From Asterias rubens (Eukaryota), in NCBI RefSeq assembly GCF_902459465.1, contig NC_047072.1:3410001-3474000 (forward strand): a stretch of DNA of 64,000 bases, read 5' to 3'. The translations under genes and the position numbers were made by a program. The stretch's first letter is position 1. Each line of letters opens with the position of its first letter. Below are positions 26,790 through 39,728 of this stretch, piece by piece. The notes beneath the pieces were generated by a model that had not been told where the DNA came from, did no database searches, and worked only from the letters and a program-made list of their open reading frames with translations.

Positions 26790-27500
26790 TGAAGTTGCGG
26801 CCGCAAGATAATAAGTGGCGGTCGCAAGATAGTAAGTGGCGGTCGCAACTTACTAAGTGGCGGCCGCAAGATAATAAGTGGCGGCCGCGAGATAATAAGT
26901 GGCGGCCGCAACTTACTAAGTGGCGGTCGCAAGATAATAAGTGGTGGCCGCGAGATAATAAGTGGCGGCCGCAAGATAATAAGTGGCGGCCGCGAGATAA
27001 TAAGTGGCGGCCGCGAGATAATAAGTGGCGGCCGCAACTTACTAAGTGGCGGCCGCAAGATAATAAGAAGCGGCCGCAACTTACTAAGTGGCGGCCGCAA
27101 GATAATAAGTGGCGGCCGCGAGATAATAAGTGGCGGCCGCGAGATAATAAGTGGCGGCCGCGAGATAATAAGTGGTGGCCGCGAGATAATAAGTGGCGGC
27201 CGCGAGATAATAAGTGGCGGCCGCAAGATAATAAGTGGTGGCCGCGAGATAATAAGTGGCGGCCGCGAGATAATAAGTGGCGGCCGCGAGATAATAAGTG
27301 GCGGCCGCAAGATAATAAGTGGCGGCCGCGAGATAATAAGTGGCGGCCGCGAGATAATAAGTGGCGGCCACAACTTACTAAGTGGCGGCCGCAAGATAAT
27401 AAGTGGCGGCCGCGAGATAATAAGTGGCGGCCGCAACTTACTAAGTGGCGGCCGCAAGATAATAAGTGGCGGCCGCAACTTACTAAGTGGCGGCCGCCAG
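26790..27500. repeat. 21-bp subterminal minisatellite (AAGTGGCGGCCGCGAGATAAT, ~34 units)
   Basis: Direct tandem units with recurring variants (CAACTTACT / CGAGATAAT); NotI site in most units; followed by the element end GGGGCTTCATA at 27571-27581. Confidence 0.95.
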
Positions 27501-29439
27501 ATATAAGTGGCGGTGCTGTGAAATACATCTCATTCAGTGAAACATAATGCACTTGTCAAGTGGCACCAATGGGGCTTCATACCGTTGGGAGGAGTGTTAC
27601 GTTATTGCAACTATAGTAATCCTGCATTTTTAGTATAAAACATATTTAAAAATTATATCTACAGAGGAAAGTACAGTATTGGCTTACTTTACATTCCACA
27701 CTTGTATTATGTATGTTTTTACAATGAATATAATCTTTCACTGCAAAAAAAAACTCAGTTTGAGCCAAACATGTCTGCTCCTCTGTTCACAATAATGGCT
27801 AAAAACTTTTGACAAAAAGACATTGAGCCACTGGCCCAGTTTTGACTGGGAGCCATTCCTGGCTCACTGTGTGTGAGTTAAACAATAGTCATGGCTCATT
27901 TTGGTTTTTGTTGTTGTTGACAATTTTTTGTTATATTAGCCATTGCATTTGTGAACAGTAGATACACGGACCATTCCTCCATGCACGGACAGAGTCGGCG
28001 TTGAACAAATGTTTGGCTCCAAACCAGGAAGAAAATCTTTCCTTCATGCTCAATCACTCAGTACCACCATGAACAAACTGAGGCATTCTTCTTCCCAGTG
28101 TTTTGTCCTGTACATTCTTATGTAAACAGTTATTAAATATTCAAGAGTTAAGAATTTCAGAAATGACATGGTCCACATTTGTCACTGTATTGTATTGTAT
28201 AATTGTTTAAACTTGTTTACACAGTCGCCGACTGACTCAGCATGAGTTCAGTCAGTATCATAACAAACTTTTCACATGCATACAACTTTAACGTACAAGA
28301 TCCTGGGTGGAAGGTTAAACGATTTTTTATCACTACCTGAATGGCAGAACATTGTTTCCCTGCTGATCTGCTCAAAACTAAAGAAAAATCTCTGTTTTTA
28401 CTCGATACAAAACGATGGATTTTGTTCGTGCGCGCGAGGTAACCGGGTCATCGTGGGACGTCGCATCCTATGTTTAATTCGCGGTGTAGTCCACGTTAGT
28501 CTGGTCCCGCGCGTTTGTTTTGGACACAAAATGGCTTCTAATCGCAAGTTGTCGCAACTCTCCCAATATACGGCTCTGGTAGGGATCCGCCAAGTGCGCC
28601 CTCATTGTTTGACTTGAATAAAGTTTACTTTTGGGGATGTCACATGACATTCACTCTCTTTTTCTATAGCTTCGACTTGGAAGAGCAACTAATTTATTTG
28701 GTCTGTGATTCTCTCTATTTTTATAGGGAGCATGGCTCTGGCCATGCTCCAAAAACCTATTTATATGGGATCAATAGAGTTGTAGAGATATTTGTGAGTA
28801 TTATTTTGTGTTTTTACCCTCATTAATGCCCAATTAATTATTGTCATTTTGTAGCTCTCTATTTGGATCGTTTTATTTGTAAAACCATGTGTAGTATGTA
28901 TGCCAGGCAGCACTGTCACACACGTGCGTCCGTTAGCCTGTGTGTGCTGACCTTTTTGTGAACTTACACTGTGCACTGTGTAATGTTATGTAATGTATAT
29001 ACTGTAGTGTTATAACCTTTTGTGTTGTTTGCTATGGGTTACCATTAAAACCTACAGGAGAAGTTTATTTGATATATTTTACTTAACTGTCATTGTTCAT
29101 TTATTGTTAATATTGATTGTATTTTGGCGAATGCGCGTCCTTTATTAGTTAGAGGACCGGCTCTCCTTAACGTGTCTCTACATCTATATAAACGAAAATA
29201 GGCCCAAAATACCATTCTGGGCTTGGTCCATCAGGGGGGAAATTAAATCGAAAAAACAAATCACTGTTTTATCACTATATCCTTTTTTTTATTTACACAA
29301 AAACTGTAATACAAAATATTGCGTCAAGAAAATGGTATTCAACTTTAATTCTCTGTTGCTTATTTCTAATGAACAATATCACAAAGTGAGGGGGACATCT
29401 AATGTGCTGTCCCCTCCAGTCTAATGATTGTTAACTTAC

Positions 29440-29543
29440 CAGTCTGCGATTGATCCAAAAACAATGGAGCCAAAAAGAAGCCCACCAAAGTAGACAGATT
29501 GGAGGAAGCTTGCACCAGCCTGATTCGCACAAACCAGCTCGAA
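29440..29543 (-). CDS. SLC22/Orct-like copy 2, coding exon 2
   Basis: AG|FELVCANQAGASFLQSVYFGGLLFGSIVFGSIAD-TG|GTAAGT; 104 bp, the same length as exon 2 of the complete copy. Confidence 0.9.
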
Positions 29544-29989
29544 CTGCAAGTCAGTCAAAGAAAATACAAGTAATTGGACAACTAATTGTTTTAACACACT
29601 TGCATCAAAATTGCCCAACATAATTCAGCAACTGCATTTTACAAACATTAATTTGAAGACGAAGTAAAGATTGCCGATCCGATCAACGTTTAAATGTTTT
29701 GAACTTTTCAAACGACAAATGTATGGCACGACAACAAGCGCGCATTGGCCAACATTGGTTCTGGTCAGTTTTAAAATGACTTCACAGTTTGGCTTTTGCT
29801 TTTTTGATGCTTTCGAAACCTCTGTATTTAGTTCATACCTAGCGGGAAACCCGCGCTACGCGCGTGTCCCGCTAGCGTTGCGCACTGTGTCGATTTCACA
29901 AAGCACTAAGATTGATCTTAACTTTGTGTCAATCTCAATTGCTAAACAAAGAGTGACGTCTCAATACAATTACCCTGTCCTTGTTTGTT

Positions 29990-32499
29990 TGCGCTAGGCG
30001 TCTTAAATCTAAGTGTGGTCCGAGCTGACTTAAGCGGGGCACTAGGGTGTCATGGCCGCTTTTTTGCTTGTTTTTGCTTGTCGCGCACCGCCGAAATTTT
30101 AACGATAAAATTCATCGTAGAGAGAGAGTATTTCGTTTAAGGAGTAATCCAATAGCAGAATTCACCGACGGTGAACTTTACTCACGATATAGGCTGGATA
30201 GAAACGGTGTTTTATTTATTACTAAGCTAATATTATAAGAGAGAAAATTGACTCACCGACTGAACGATCCTGCGCTATTCATGTGTAAAGCAATGCATGT
30301 GGAACATTCCAACGTGGAGAGATACGATAAAGATTTCTCAATCATCCGTGGCAAGAATCATCAAGAATATTGTTTCAGCAAGCTCATGTCGAATGGGTTG
30401 CTGATTTTACAAGATATACAGCACACAGGTGAGTGTTTTACTTTTTCAAAAAGTCAATTTTGGCTGTAAAAAAACGATCAATGTTCAGTTTATATTATTT
30501 TTTATTCGGCAAGCAAATAATGTCACAAGAACTTAAAATCTGAATTTCCATTAAACATCACAGAACAACTCAAAGCATTGTCGAGAGAAGCATCGGTCAG
30601 TGGAAACGACGGTTCCATTGCTTATTTATACAAGGTGAAACCAGGCTTTCTCCAGAACGGATCTGCCGGTTATCGTAGCGTGTGCAGTCAGTACTTCCTT
30701 TTTACCAAAACTTGGCAAAACAACAAGGGTCCTTCGTGATGTAGAATTTGAGGATGACCTTGCGATGGAACGGCAACTTCCCCAACCGGAACATCCACCA
30801 CAACAAAACTGCAACATCGTCAGGAACTATGTGGTTCACCCTAATATTTCCAGTAAGTTCAAGTCCAAGTGTTCAAGAAAAATGAGAAGTGCACTTTACA
30901 ATTTTGATTACAGACATGACTTGTTTATGATTACACGTCCTCCATTGATTTATGACACAACAGAATACTACTCTGAGTTGTTTGTACACACACGCACTCA
31001 GATCGATACATTAATTGTATTACATTTCATAAAACTATTTTCATTATGAAACAATCTTCATAAATCAAATATTAACTAGGTCAGTTCGTGAAGAAGAGAG
31101 TCGCGGGACAGCATTGCATGTCAAATATCGTAGTAAAATAATGGTGTTCACACGACGCATTATTTCATTTTTGTAAAACAAAAAAAACACAAAATCTAAA
31201 CACATAGCGCATCAGCATGCTCAATGATTTATAACAATAAATAACAAACTAGTTAGCAACTTCCCGTATTCTTCATCATTGGCCTGTTCTGTTATTGCTC
31301 TCTTTCTAGACCCTGTCATTGAATGCTCTGTTGTTGGCTCTCACAGTCTCAGATGAAGGGGTTGCCGGTGTTGAACTGCTTTCCACAACATAATTGTTTT
31401 TAATTAAGCAGTTATCGCTATTTAAGTATAGTATTAAGCTAATTTATTTTAAATTAATGTTATTATAAATGCACAAATACAACTAACTAATTTTGACTCG
31501 AATCATCGCTTTTTCTCGACATAGTCCCACTGTTTCAATGGAGCAGGAAGTATCCTGCGTACACCGATGATAAAATTCAACACATTGTAAGATTAAAATA
31601 TCCTGTGGAATTATGACTTCTGATGAATATTATAAACCCAGTACTCATTAGGTCCTGCGGCATTGGCTGTAGCCACTGATGGTCTTTTAATACTGTCCAA
31701 ACAAGGCAAGCTGTTTTATTTTGTTATTATGATGCAGACAAATATTGAATTTTTCATACCAGTTTTCACCGATTTCTTTCGCTTTCTTGAGAATTTTCCC
31801 TTTAATGATTAGGCTATAATTTATATCAAATATACCTATTTATTATCTTACCTAATTGCTTGCTTACTTCCCATAAGTTCAATATTTTTTTTATCAAATG
31901 ATTGATTGATTGGTGGACGGATTTGATTGGTTGATTGATGTTTGCTGTATACAGTACAACCCTTTAGAACAATAAAACGATGTAGTATTTCATACACATT
32001 TTTACCTGAATCCTTTCGATGTTTTGTGGCTTCCTCCCGTTTTTTGCCAAACCCATTGCCAATATTTATTTTGTTAAATCGCGCGCGTGTAACATTTTTG
32101 TCAAGTGTTAAACATATTTCTTTTCTATCATTTAATGCACGTGTAATTTCATATTAAGAGTGGGACGCGCGCGTTGATAAGTGAGGCCAACGCACACAAA
32201 AAAGGAGAGGAATTTATTTAATAACATCCACTCCCGTCATTCTCTGGCACCGACGGTTGCGAAAAAGTATTCAACTATTCTCGTCTCGGGGTAATGATAA
32301 TTGATTGCCTCTGAATCACCATAGTAACCATTGATGACGTATGTTTTCTGCGCATGTGCACTAACTTGATCTCAACAACTTAACTTTTTTAGATTTAAGT
32401 GGGGCACTAAGATAAGTGGGGTACTTAGATGTTTTGTGAATAGCTACTTAAGTGAAAACTTAAGTACTCCACTAAGTTAAGCTTCGTGAATACCGCCCC
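29990..32499 (+). mobile_element. Degenerate, internally deleted PIF/Harbinger element
   Basis: Fragments RRERVFRLRSNPIAEFTDGELYSRYRLDR, SQSSVARII and HRTTQSIVERSIGQWKRRFHCL match Harbinger transposase N- and C-terminal parts with the core missing; right end CTTCGTGAATACCGCCCC; possible Myb/SANT partner remnant on - near 31990-32130. Confidence 0.7.
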
Positions 32500-32702
32500 A
32501 GGTCCCACTAGGCAGGTAAACTGGGCAGTTAGCACACCTGAATACCTGCTACGCATAAACAATGTGCACTGTTGATTGTATGATCGTAGTGCGAGGGGGT
32601 GATGCGTTACACAATGACCACGTGACGACAGTAGCAATGACATCATCAGATCACATCAAGAAATCAGTGTTAGTGTAAGTTTTACTGTCAACTGTCTCTT
32701 TA

Positions 32703-33086
32703 AAGGCAGTGGACACTATTGGTAATTACTCAAAATAATTATCAGCATAAAACCTCAATTGCTAAAGAGTAATGGGGGAGAGGTTGATAGTATGAAATAT
32801 TGTGAGGAACGGCTCCCTCTGAAGTGACGTAATTTTTCAAGAAAGAAGTCGTTTTCCACGAATTTGATTTCGAGACCTCAAGTTTAGAATTTGAGGTCTC
32901 GAAATCAAGTATCTAAAAGCACACAACTAGGTGTGACAGGGGTGGTTTTTTTCTTTCATAGTTATCTCGCAAATCCGACGACCAATCAAGCTCAAATTTT
33001 CACAGATTTGTTATTTTATCTATTATGTTGAGATACACAAAGTGAGAAGACTGGTCTTTGACAATTACCAATGGTGTGAATTGTCT
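32703..33086. mobile_element. Kolobok-type MITE with TTAA TSD
   Basis: TTAA|AGGCAGTGGACACTATTGGTAATT ... AATTACCAATGGTGTGAATTGTCT|TTAA. Confidence 0.8.
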
Positions 33087-33134
33087 TTAATAAGAACAAC
33101 AATATTCAGGAAACACCCATCAAATTGCGTTTTC

Positions 33135-33516
33135 AAGGGTATATGTACCTTTTCCTAACAAAAAACACAATGTCAACAGATTTACATTAAACTTACACAG
33201 TTTGAAGATTGTGATAGTAGAAAGCTTCCCTTGAAATTTTACTTCCTGGGGTGCTGTAGTTTTTTAGAAATGAGTAAAAGTAATAATTTTCGTTTCAGTT
33301 TTAGCATGTAAAAACGTATTAACCAGTTATGCTATGATTTTGGTATAATTTTGGTCTCATGAGACCAAAACTAGTTTGTGACTTGTTTTACTCATTTCTC
33401 AAAAACTACACAACCTTAGTTAGTAATATTTGATGGGAAGCTTTCCACTATCATTATCTTCAAATCCTGTAAGTTTAATGTAAATCTGTGGACATTTTGA
33501 AAAAGTATCCGCATCC
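33135..33516. mobile_element. MITE with long inverted arms (partial copy also at ~6220-6360)
   Basis: ACAGATTTACATTAAACTTAC..TTTGAAGAT..TGATAGTAGAAAGC inverted against the right arm, ending CATCCT|TTAA. Confidence 0.6.
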
Positions 33517-34290
33517 TTTAAAGATATTGTAAAGCACATGTGTGACACATGCAAGCTGCCATTTGTTACACTAAACCAATCAAATGACTTCATATGATTA
33601 AAGAATAACTGAAATTAAGTGGTTAAACTTCGGCTATTTGTTATTGTAACGGTAACCAAAGCTTGATTTTTTTATTCAGTTTGTCATAATTTGCTTGAGG
33701 ACGGATGCATGTCTCATGAAAAAATGGAGCTGCGTGATAAGTGCCGTTCCCCGTCCCCTGCCCCTTCCTCTCCCCGTCCCACGTGCTATAATACCTGCCC
33801 CTGTTTTGCTCATAGATCTGTCAATTCTCAACGGATTTTTGTTTAAAAATAGATGAGTGTCAAGACGAAGTCAGCGTCTTTCTTCCGTGTAAATTTGGTG
33901 AGGTTTGATGCGGTATCCAGGGAGGAGATCCAATAACATCCCCCCCCCCCCGACACACACATACAGAGAGACAGACACGATTCGGCTATTTATAAAGAGA
34001 TAGCACACAAAAAATAAGCACGTATATAAAAGAATATCAAATAAAACAACAAAACAAAAGTTGTTTTATTTAGATTTGAATGAGCAGGGGTAGGGCAATT
34101 CTAGATACATTGTGACATTAGGATGATTCACTTGGTCGAAATTGATTGATACCAGCAACGATTTGAACATTATCTGTGGGAAATTTAAGGGACCAGAACA
34201 GGTTTGTTTTAAATCGACGTTTCGATTTGGTGTCCCCATGAGAAACGTTTTGAATACTGAAGTTTGCGTTAAGTTGCCTTTGTTACTCAC

Positions 34291-34734
34291 CTCGCTTATG
34301 ATAGTAGTCTTATACTGCGTAGTGTCAAACACCCAACCATTGGAGCAGTCTATAATTTTGTTGGTATAGTCAGTTGCATTCATTCCAGGTTTGAATTCTA
34401 GCTTCCGTACATCGTACATGTGACACCTATCGTAGTCTTTCTCCCCCGTCTCCTTGTTGGTCACAATGAGCGGGATAGACGCGTTCCTCTTTGCTTTAAG
34501 ACACTCCCAGTCATCGAACTGACCGGTCGTGCAATTGGCCTTATCCCAGTGGGCCACCCGACACCAGTGGTCAGTATCTGCGGCCATAAAGACTTGTCCG
34601 AGGGCATTCATCGCTGTCATTACGCCGATCATTAAAGAAAAGAAAAATAACTTCTTCTGCCATGTTCCAAACTCGCCAATGGCGGTGAGGATGTCGTCAA
34701 ATTTCGTAGGTGAGACGATTCCCTTGGGTTTCAT
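34291..34734 (-). CDS. SLC22/Orct-like copy 2, coding exon 1
   Basis: MKPKGIVSPTKFDDILTAIGEFGTWQK...TTIISE|GTGAGT; 444 bp; splices in phase to 29543. Confidence 0.9.
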
Positions 34735-35712
34735 GCTTCAAGCTGTTTGTGTTTTTAAATTTAGCCAAGAAAACACTCTTTGCCGTTTGCCGCTGTTCAA
34801 CTCGCAAGTAAAGTTGACGTGTTTGTACATGGGCCTACACGACTGTGAAGCATCTAGGATTGGTTGCAGTCCAATGGAATACATGTATGCATCATGCGTT
34901 TCTCTGCCTAGAAGCGTTTGCTCAGTCCAAACGCCATAAAGCATACAGAGGCTGACGTACGCAAATGCACATTGAACCATTCCCCCTGACCTTAGAACCC
35001 TCCGGGTCACTGCTTCCTGTTTACATTTGACTACCAATAATAATGTAGCTCTATTTTGCAAATCCAATGCAGTTATTGTCATTCTATACGCTTGTAAATA
35101 ATCAAGTTCGAATGTAACGCATGGAGCCTTATGCATGTTTTATCATGCGGATAGACTTAAATGTAATTGTGCGCATTGTGCGACTGTAGTACAATCCTTC
35201 GTATCATGCCCAGAACAATATTGTTGTAAACAGCCCCTCCCAGCGTTAGTGGGTGTGGCATTTAGAGCCGGTGGCGCATACAATTATGTCCTCCATGCAG
35301 TACTATCCGGCGAACATTATTCCATTATGCAATACCGTCCGCCGGACGTTAGTGCATAAGGCAATCGTGTCCTCCACCGTGCAAAACGGTCCTTATTAGT
35401 AAATTTAACGCCCTCTATAGTACTCGAAGGGACAAGTAGTACATTCAGACCACTGGACCACACCAGAGCCGTATTGGGAGAGTAACAACAATTTGCGATT
35501 AGAAACCATTTTGATCCCAAGAAACTCATGGGCGAACACGGCGTGCCAGACTAGTCTGCCCATTGGGTTGTGCTGCATTTGGAGAAAACAGGGCCACCCA
35601 CGTGACCAAAGAAAACTGGTCCCTCCATGTGCGCAACTCTCTCAATACACAGCTGGACCACACCGAAAATAGCGCCCTCACTTGAGATACACAAATTAAA
35701 ACATGTCAGGTA

Positions 35713-36183
35713 CCTGCTATTGAGATCTAGTGATTCCATAAAATTGCTTGCAAAGATATCATTGGATAAATGCAGTGACTAAAAGCCACATAGCTGGGTA
35801 GGTTTTGAATGGTCTGAGGTCACCTCGGGTGACCAAACGAAACACAGATATGGAAAGCTTTAATTACTTTCGGTCGTCTGTTTGTGTCCACTTCATGAGC
35901 CTCGAAGTGTGACGTCAGATGTTCAGGCTAGTTAATGACATAGCCTGAGACTGACCTCCAGCCGTCGTGTATCTTCACCTTTGACCTACATTCATTTCAC
36001 ATGCACGTATATAGACACAGCATGCAGACGACCGAAAGTAAGCTTTCCATATCTGTGTTTTGATTGGTCGTCTTAGGTGACCTCAGACCAATCAAACAAA
36101 CACAGGTATACCGGTAGCTTTTAGTCACTGCATTTATCCAATGATATAATTGTAACCAATGAAATCACTGGATCTGAATAGCA
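35713..36183. mobile_element. Palindromic MITE
   Basis: CATTGGATAAATGCAGTGACTAAAAGC and AAACACAGATATGGAAAGCTT both recur as reverse complements on the other side. Confidence 0.7.
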
Positions 36184-38415
36184 AACACCTTTATATGTTT
36201 CACATAATCTGTTTTCCCATGCCCCCCCCCCCCCCCCCGCGTCGAAGTCTAGGGTTAAATAGTCGGCACAACAAGCCCAGAGCATCAGCGTGTGTGGCTG
36301 GAGATCGGTCCCCCGGAGAATCCCCTTGCCCCCCCCCCCCCCCCATTTGGCAAATTTGTTGATAATGCCCTCTTGTTAATCATCACCCAACAGCCCATTT
36401 TAATAGGGAACTTTCGATTCGGGACGGGAGAAGGAAGGGAACGGAGAGGGAGCGGAAAATCGATCTGCGCATGCACAAACTGTCTCCGTCCTGCAGCGTA
36501 CGGTTTTGGGGTGAAATAACTTCCAGTCTGTAAGCACGACCGAGTAGTTTCATTTTGTACACGTTGTTTACGGTTGTTATAAACTGCACTGAATCGTGAT
36601 CAGGTGGCCGTGTCACCGTCCGGTCCAAAGCTAGAACTCGAAGCAGCTTACAAATTAATCAGGACGGAAGCGTGATATGCACCCGGGCCGGACCGCCGTG
36701 TTCGGTTACTTTCCGTCCTGTACGCCCTACCATCCCGAATCGAATTCAACCTAATTCTATGACGGGGACAGAATCATAGGCGGACAGATTTACCTGGGAC
36801 ACCGGCCCCTGGAAAGTTTGCTTGTCCATGACTTATGTTTATGTTTATAAATAATGTATATGAATATTACATAAAAGACAAAGTAGGGTGCTTATACCGT
36901 TGCAGTAAGCTGCAATCATATTGCATTAACTTATTTACAAGTAACGTAGGTTATGTAACGTGTGTCAACGATCGAATAACTTATGAGAGTCAAATGTTTG
37001 ACTCCCATAACCTAGGTCTGTTGTTTCTAATGTTTTAAATTTGTATCTACTTTTGGTTGCATTGTTGAATCTTTTTTTTATGTCAGTTATTTTTCGGGAT
37101 AATAGTAGTTAGCCCATATTTTCGATGGTCTTTTTTTTTGCCTTTTAGTTTCTCATTGTTAGGCGCATTGAGGAATCTGTGAATCATAATGCGCCTTATA
37201 AAATGTTGTTTATTGTTATTATTATTATTCATGTTTGCTGTGCTGTTATAAGCTGTCGAGAAAGACTCATTGGGTCGTAAAGTCAGGCCATTCACTTTGT
37301 TTTAGCATTATACCATAGATTCATTTTGTTGGTTATATCAATTTGCAACACGTAATTGTATTTCTCATGTTGAGTGCAACTAGCATCCAGGGACTCAGAG
37401 CATTTCAGTCTAATAGACTTTGACATTCTGGAACTTGATAATAGGTTTGATACTAAAGTATGTTGGATTAATCGTGTGGGTTTGTTTGATTTATTCGTGT
37501 GGTTTTTTTTTATGAAGATGTAGTTTACATTTTTGGGGTGTGTTTTTAAGATAAAGTTTAATATTACAAAGTACCAAAGTACCTGTAGATAATACTTTAT
37601 CGCTATGTACAGACGATAACAGTTCAAGCTTTTGTGTTCCAAATTTGAATAATGGATTATGAGTGTAGGCGGTACTTCGAGAGGCCACAGAGCAATCATT
37701 ATTCCATTTCAACTATGCGATACCTTGTAATTAACTGTTATAATCGTTGTACACGGGGCACTCCCCGTTTTTAAAGGGAAGGCAAATTGCGTGACTTTGA
37801 ACGACTTAATCCTATTCATGGGTAATAATGAGACACAATTTGAAAAGTCCAAAATTTTACCATGACGACCTAGACATGCCTTACATTATAATTGACATTT
37901 TTACCAAAATCATCATTTGATCATCTACATTACTATTGAAGGGAAAACAACCTACGTGGTCACCACACTGCTTGTAGATTAAATAATTACCGCAAAAAAA
38001 GTATATATATATACATATAGATTAATTACATGTCCAATAAAGACCATCACCTGTTTATGTATCTATAGATATATTAATAAGTGCCACGTTAAAGTTCAAG
38101 CAACGGCTGAAAACTCAAAGTGAAACAATTTTGAGAAATCGTTTTGTCTCTGGTAAAACGTAATTTTTTGCGATAAGTGAACGAATTCACAATATTGACG
38201 ACTGGAAAGTAAAAACGGTGTTTTAATGTCATTCAAATTGTGCGTCTTTCAGAGACAAATTTGCTGCACGTACTTCTTTTCTTAATGCATAAGTGAATGA
38301 TTGGATTAAAGGCCAACCAGAACTAACATTTCATTGACTTTTCATAAAGGTATGTTGTTTTTCACAATAGCTTCATCGTGGCCTAAACGTCAGAATATGA
38401 TCTGCATAATGTCTT

Positions 38416-38940
38416 TTATATAACACCCAAGCAGATCCTTGCCATTTGATTGGAGGATTGTCCGTCACGTGATAGCAAATAAAAGTACCAATACACGCTG
38501 AGTCACTCACCGTGCTTTTTCGTTCCATCCGAAAAGTACCATTGCACGCTGCCAGCGTGCAATGGTACTTTTCGGATGGAACGAAAAAGCTGAGTAAAAA
38601 CATCACTGCGTGCGCGTGTCTTTGGAAACGCAGCAGTGTTACTGCAAGGCATATTAGTAAAATTACTAGCATTCGGCTTCTACAATTAAAAATTGTAGGC
38701 CTACGCTTTGTTTGTTTTGAAAGTTGTATCTTTCAATCAAAATGACAAAGATCTACTTGGATGTTATATAAAACAAATAATGAATGTTTTTCATTCGTGC
38801 AATGGTGCGAAAATGTTCATTCGTTGAAAGCTGGAATGTTCCATTCAACTCGGCTCCGCCTCGTTGAATAGAACATTCCATCTTTCAACTCATGAACATA
38901 TTCGCACCATTGCACTCATAAACATTCATTATGTGTATAA
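38416..38940. mobile_element. Non-autonomous element with two internal palindromes and TTATA/TATAA ends
   Basis: Reverse-complement copy at ~59878-60395 and an internally deleted copy at 59589-59878. Confidence 0.75.
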
Positions 38941-39297
38941 CATTCTATAACGCACAATATACTCATTCTGCGTAACAACAAAATTCATTCTTATTATTTA
39001 AACAATCAAACCTGTTTATAAATCGAACAAATAATGCGTGTTTGTATAACGAACACAATTACTCTCATTTATTGGAAGATGGAATGTTTTATAAAATTCC
39101 GCTTCAAAAGGAAATATTCTCAAATTGCACTCATACAAATTCATTATATTGCAGAATGTTTTAAACTCGCTGATTACAAAGTTATATTTGCGGTTGCTTC
39201 CGGTATACGATGCATTTAAAACAATTAAGTTACCATGATACAATTAAGGGAACCTATAAAGTTCACGAATTATTTTTGATTACAAATATTCTGTCCT

Positions 39298-39444
39298 GGG
39301 GTGGATTTCACAAAGAGTTAGGACTAGTCTTATCTCGAGTTAGGACCAGTTACTCGTCCTAACTTAGGACTATCCATGCAATTTGTATCTCCTAGGACTA
39401 GTCCTAAGTTAGGACTAGTCCTAACTCTTTGTGAAATCCACCCC
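39298..39444. mobile_element. Harbinger-like MITE (GGGGTGGATTTCACAAAG TIR, TAGGACTAGTCCTA repeats)
   Basis: Clear inverted ends; related copies at ~57660-57832 and ~58898-59017. Confidence 0.75.
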
Positions 39445-39592
39445 AGGATTACCACCATAACAACAACAACTTTATATTTAAATATTATCACAAAACGTTT
39501 TAGAGTACACGAACAAACTGTCTTGCAATCATTGTAACCTTTTCTGAAATACACGAAGCTGAATTGTAACAGGGGAGAGCTTCTTATACCAT

Positions 39593-39728
39593 CTAGATCT
39601 TCTTGTCTATCTCCAATGTCGTTTCATACGCATGGTTATCCAATTCCTGCTGCATGTCAGCATCCTTCATGGTCATGGTTACCATGGCAATGTTGTCCTC
39701 GTTGTCTCCTCCTCCAAAACATCTTGGT
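39593..39728 (-). CDS. SLC22 copy 3 exon 10 (last)
   Basis: CAG|A-PRCFGGGDNEDN...LEIDKKI-TAG. Confidence 0.75.

Larger units (their letters stand above)
24993..27581 (-). mobile_element. IS3EU-type element, 5' end present, 3' end not found
   Basis: The 5' terminus reads TATGAAGCCCC on the minus strand, then the tandem array, then the transposase; I found no matching opposite TIR or TSD. Confidence 0.65.

Noticed and set aside
26750-27552. Long ORFs of 232-265 aa on both strands
   Set aside because: They are translations of the 21-bp tandem repeat (length divisible by 3, stop-free frames), not genes
27960-28300. Possible SLC22 exon 3 of copy 2 or a second IS3EU gene
   Set aside because: Minus-strand translations show no recognisable motif and contain stops
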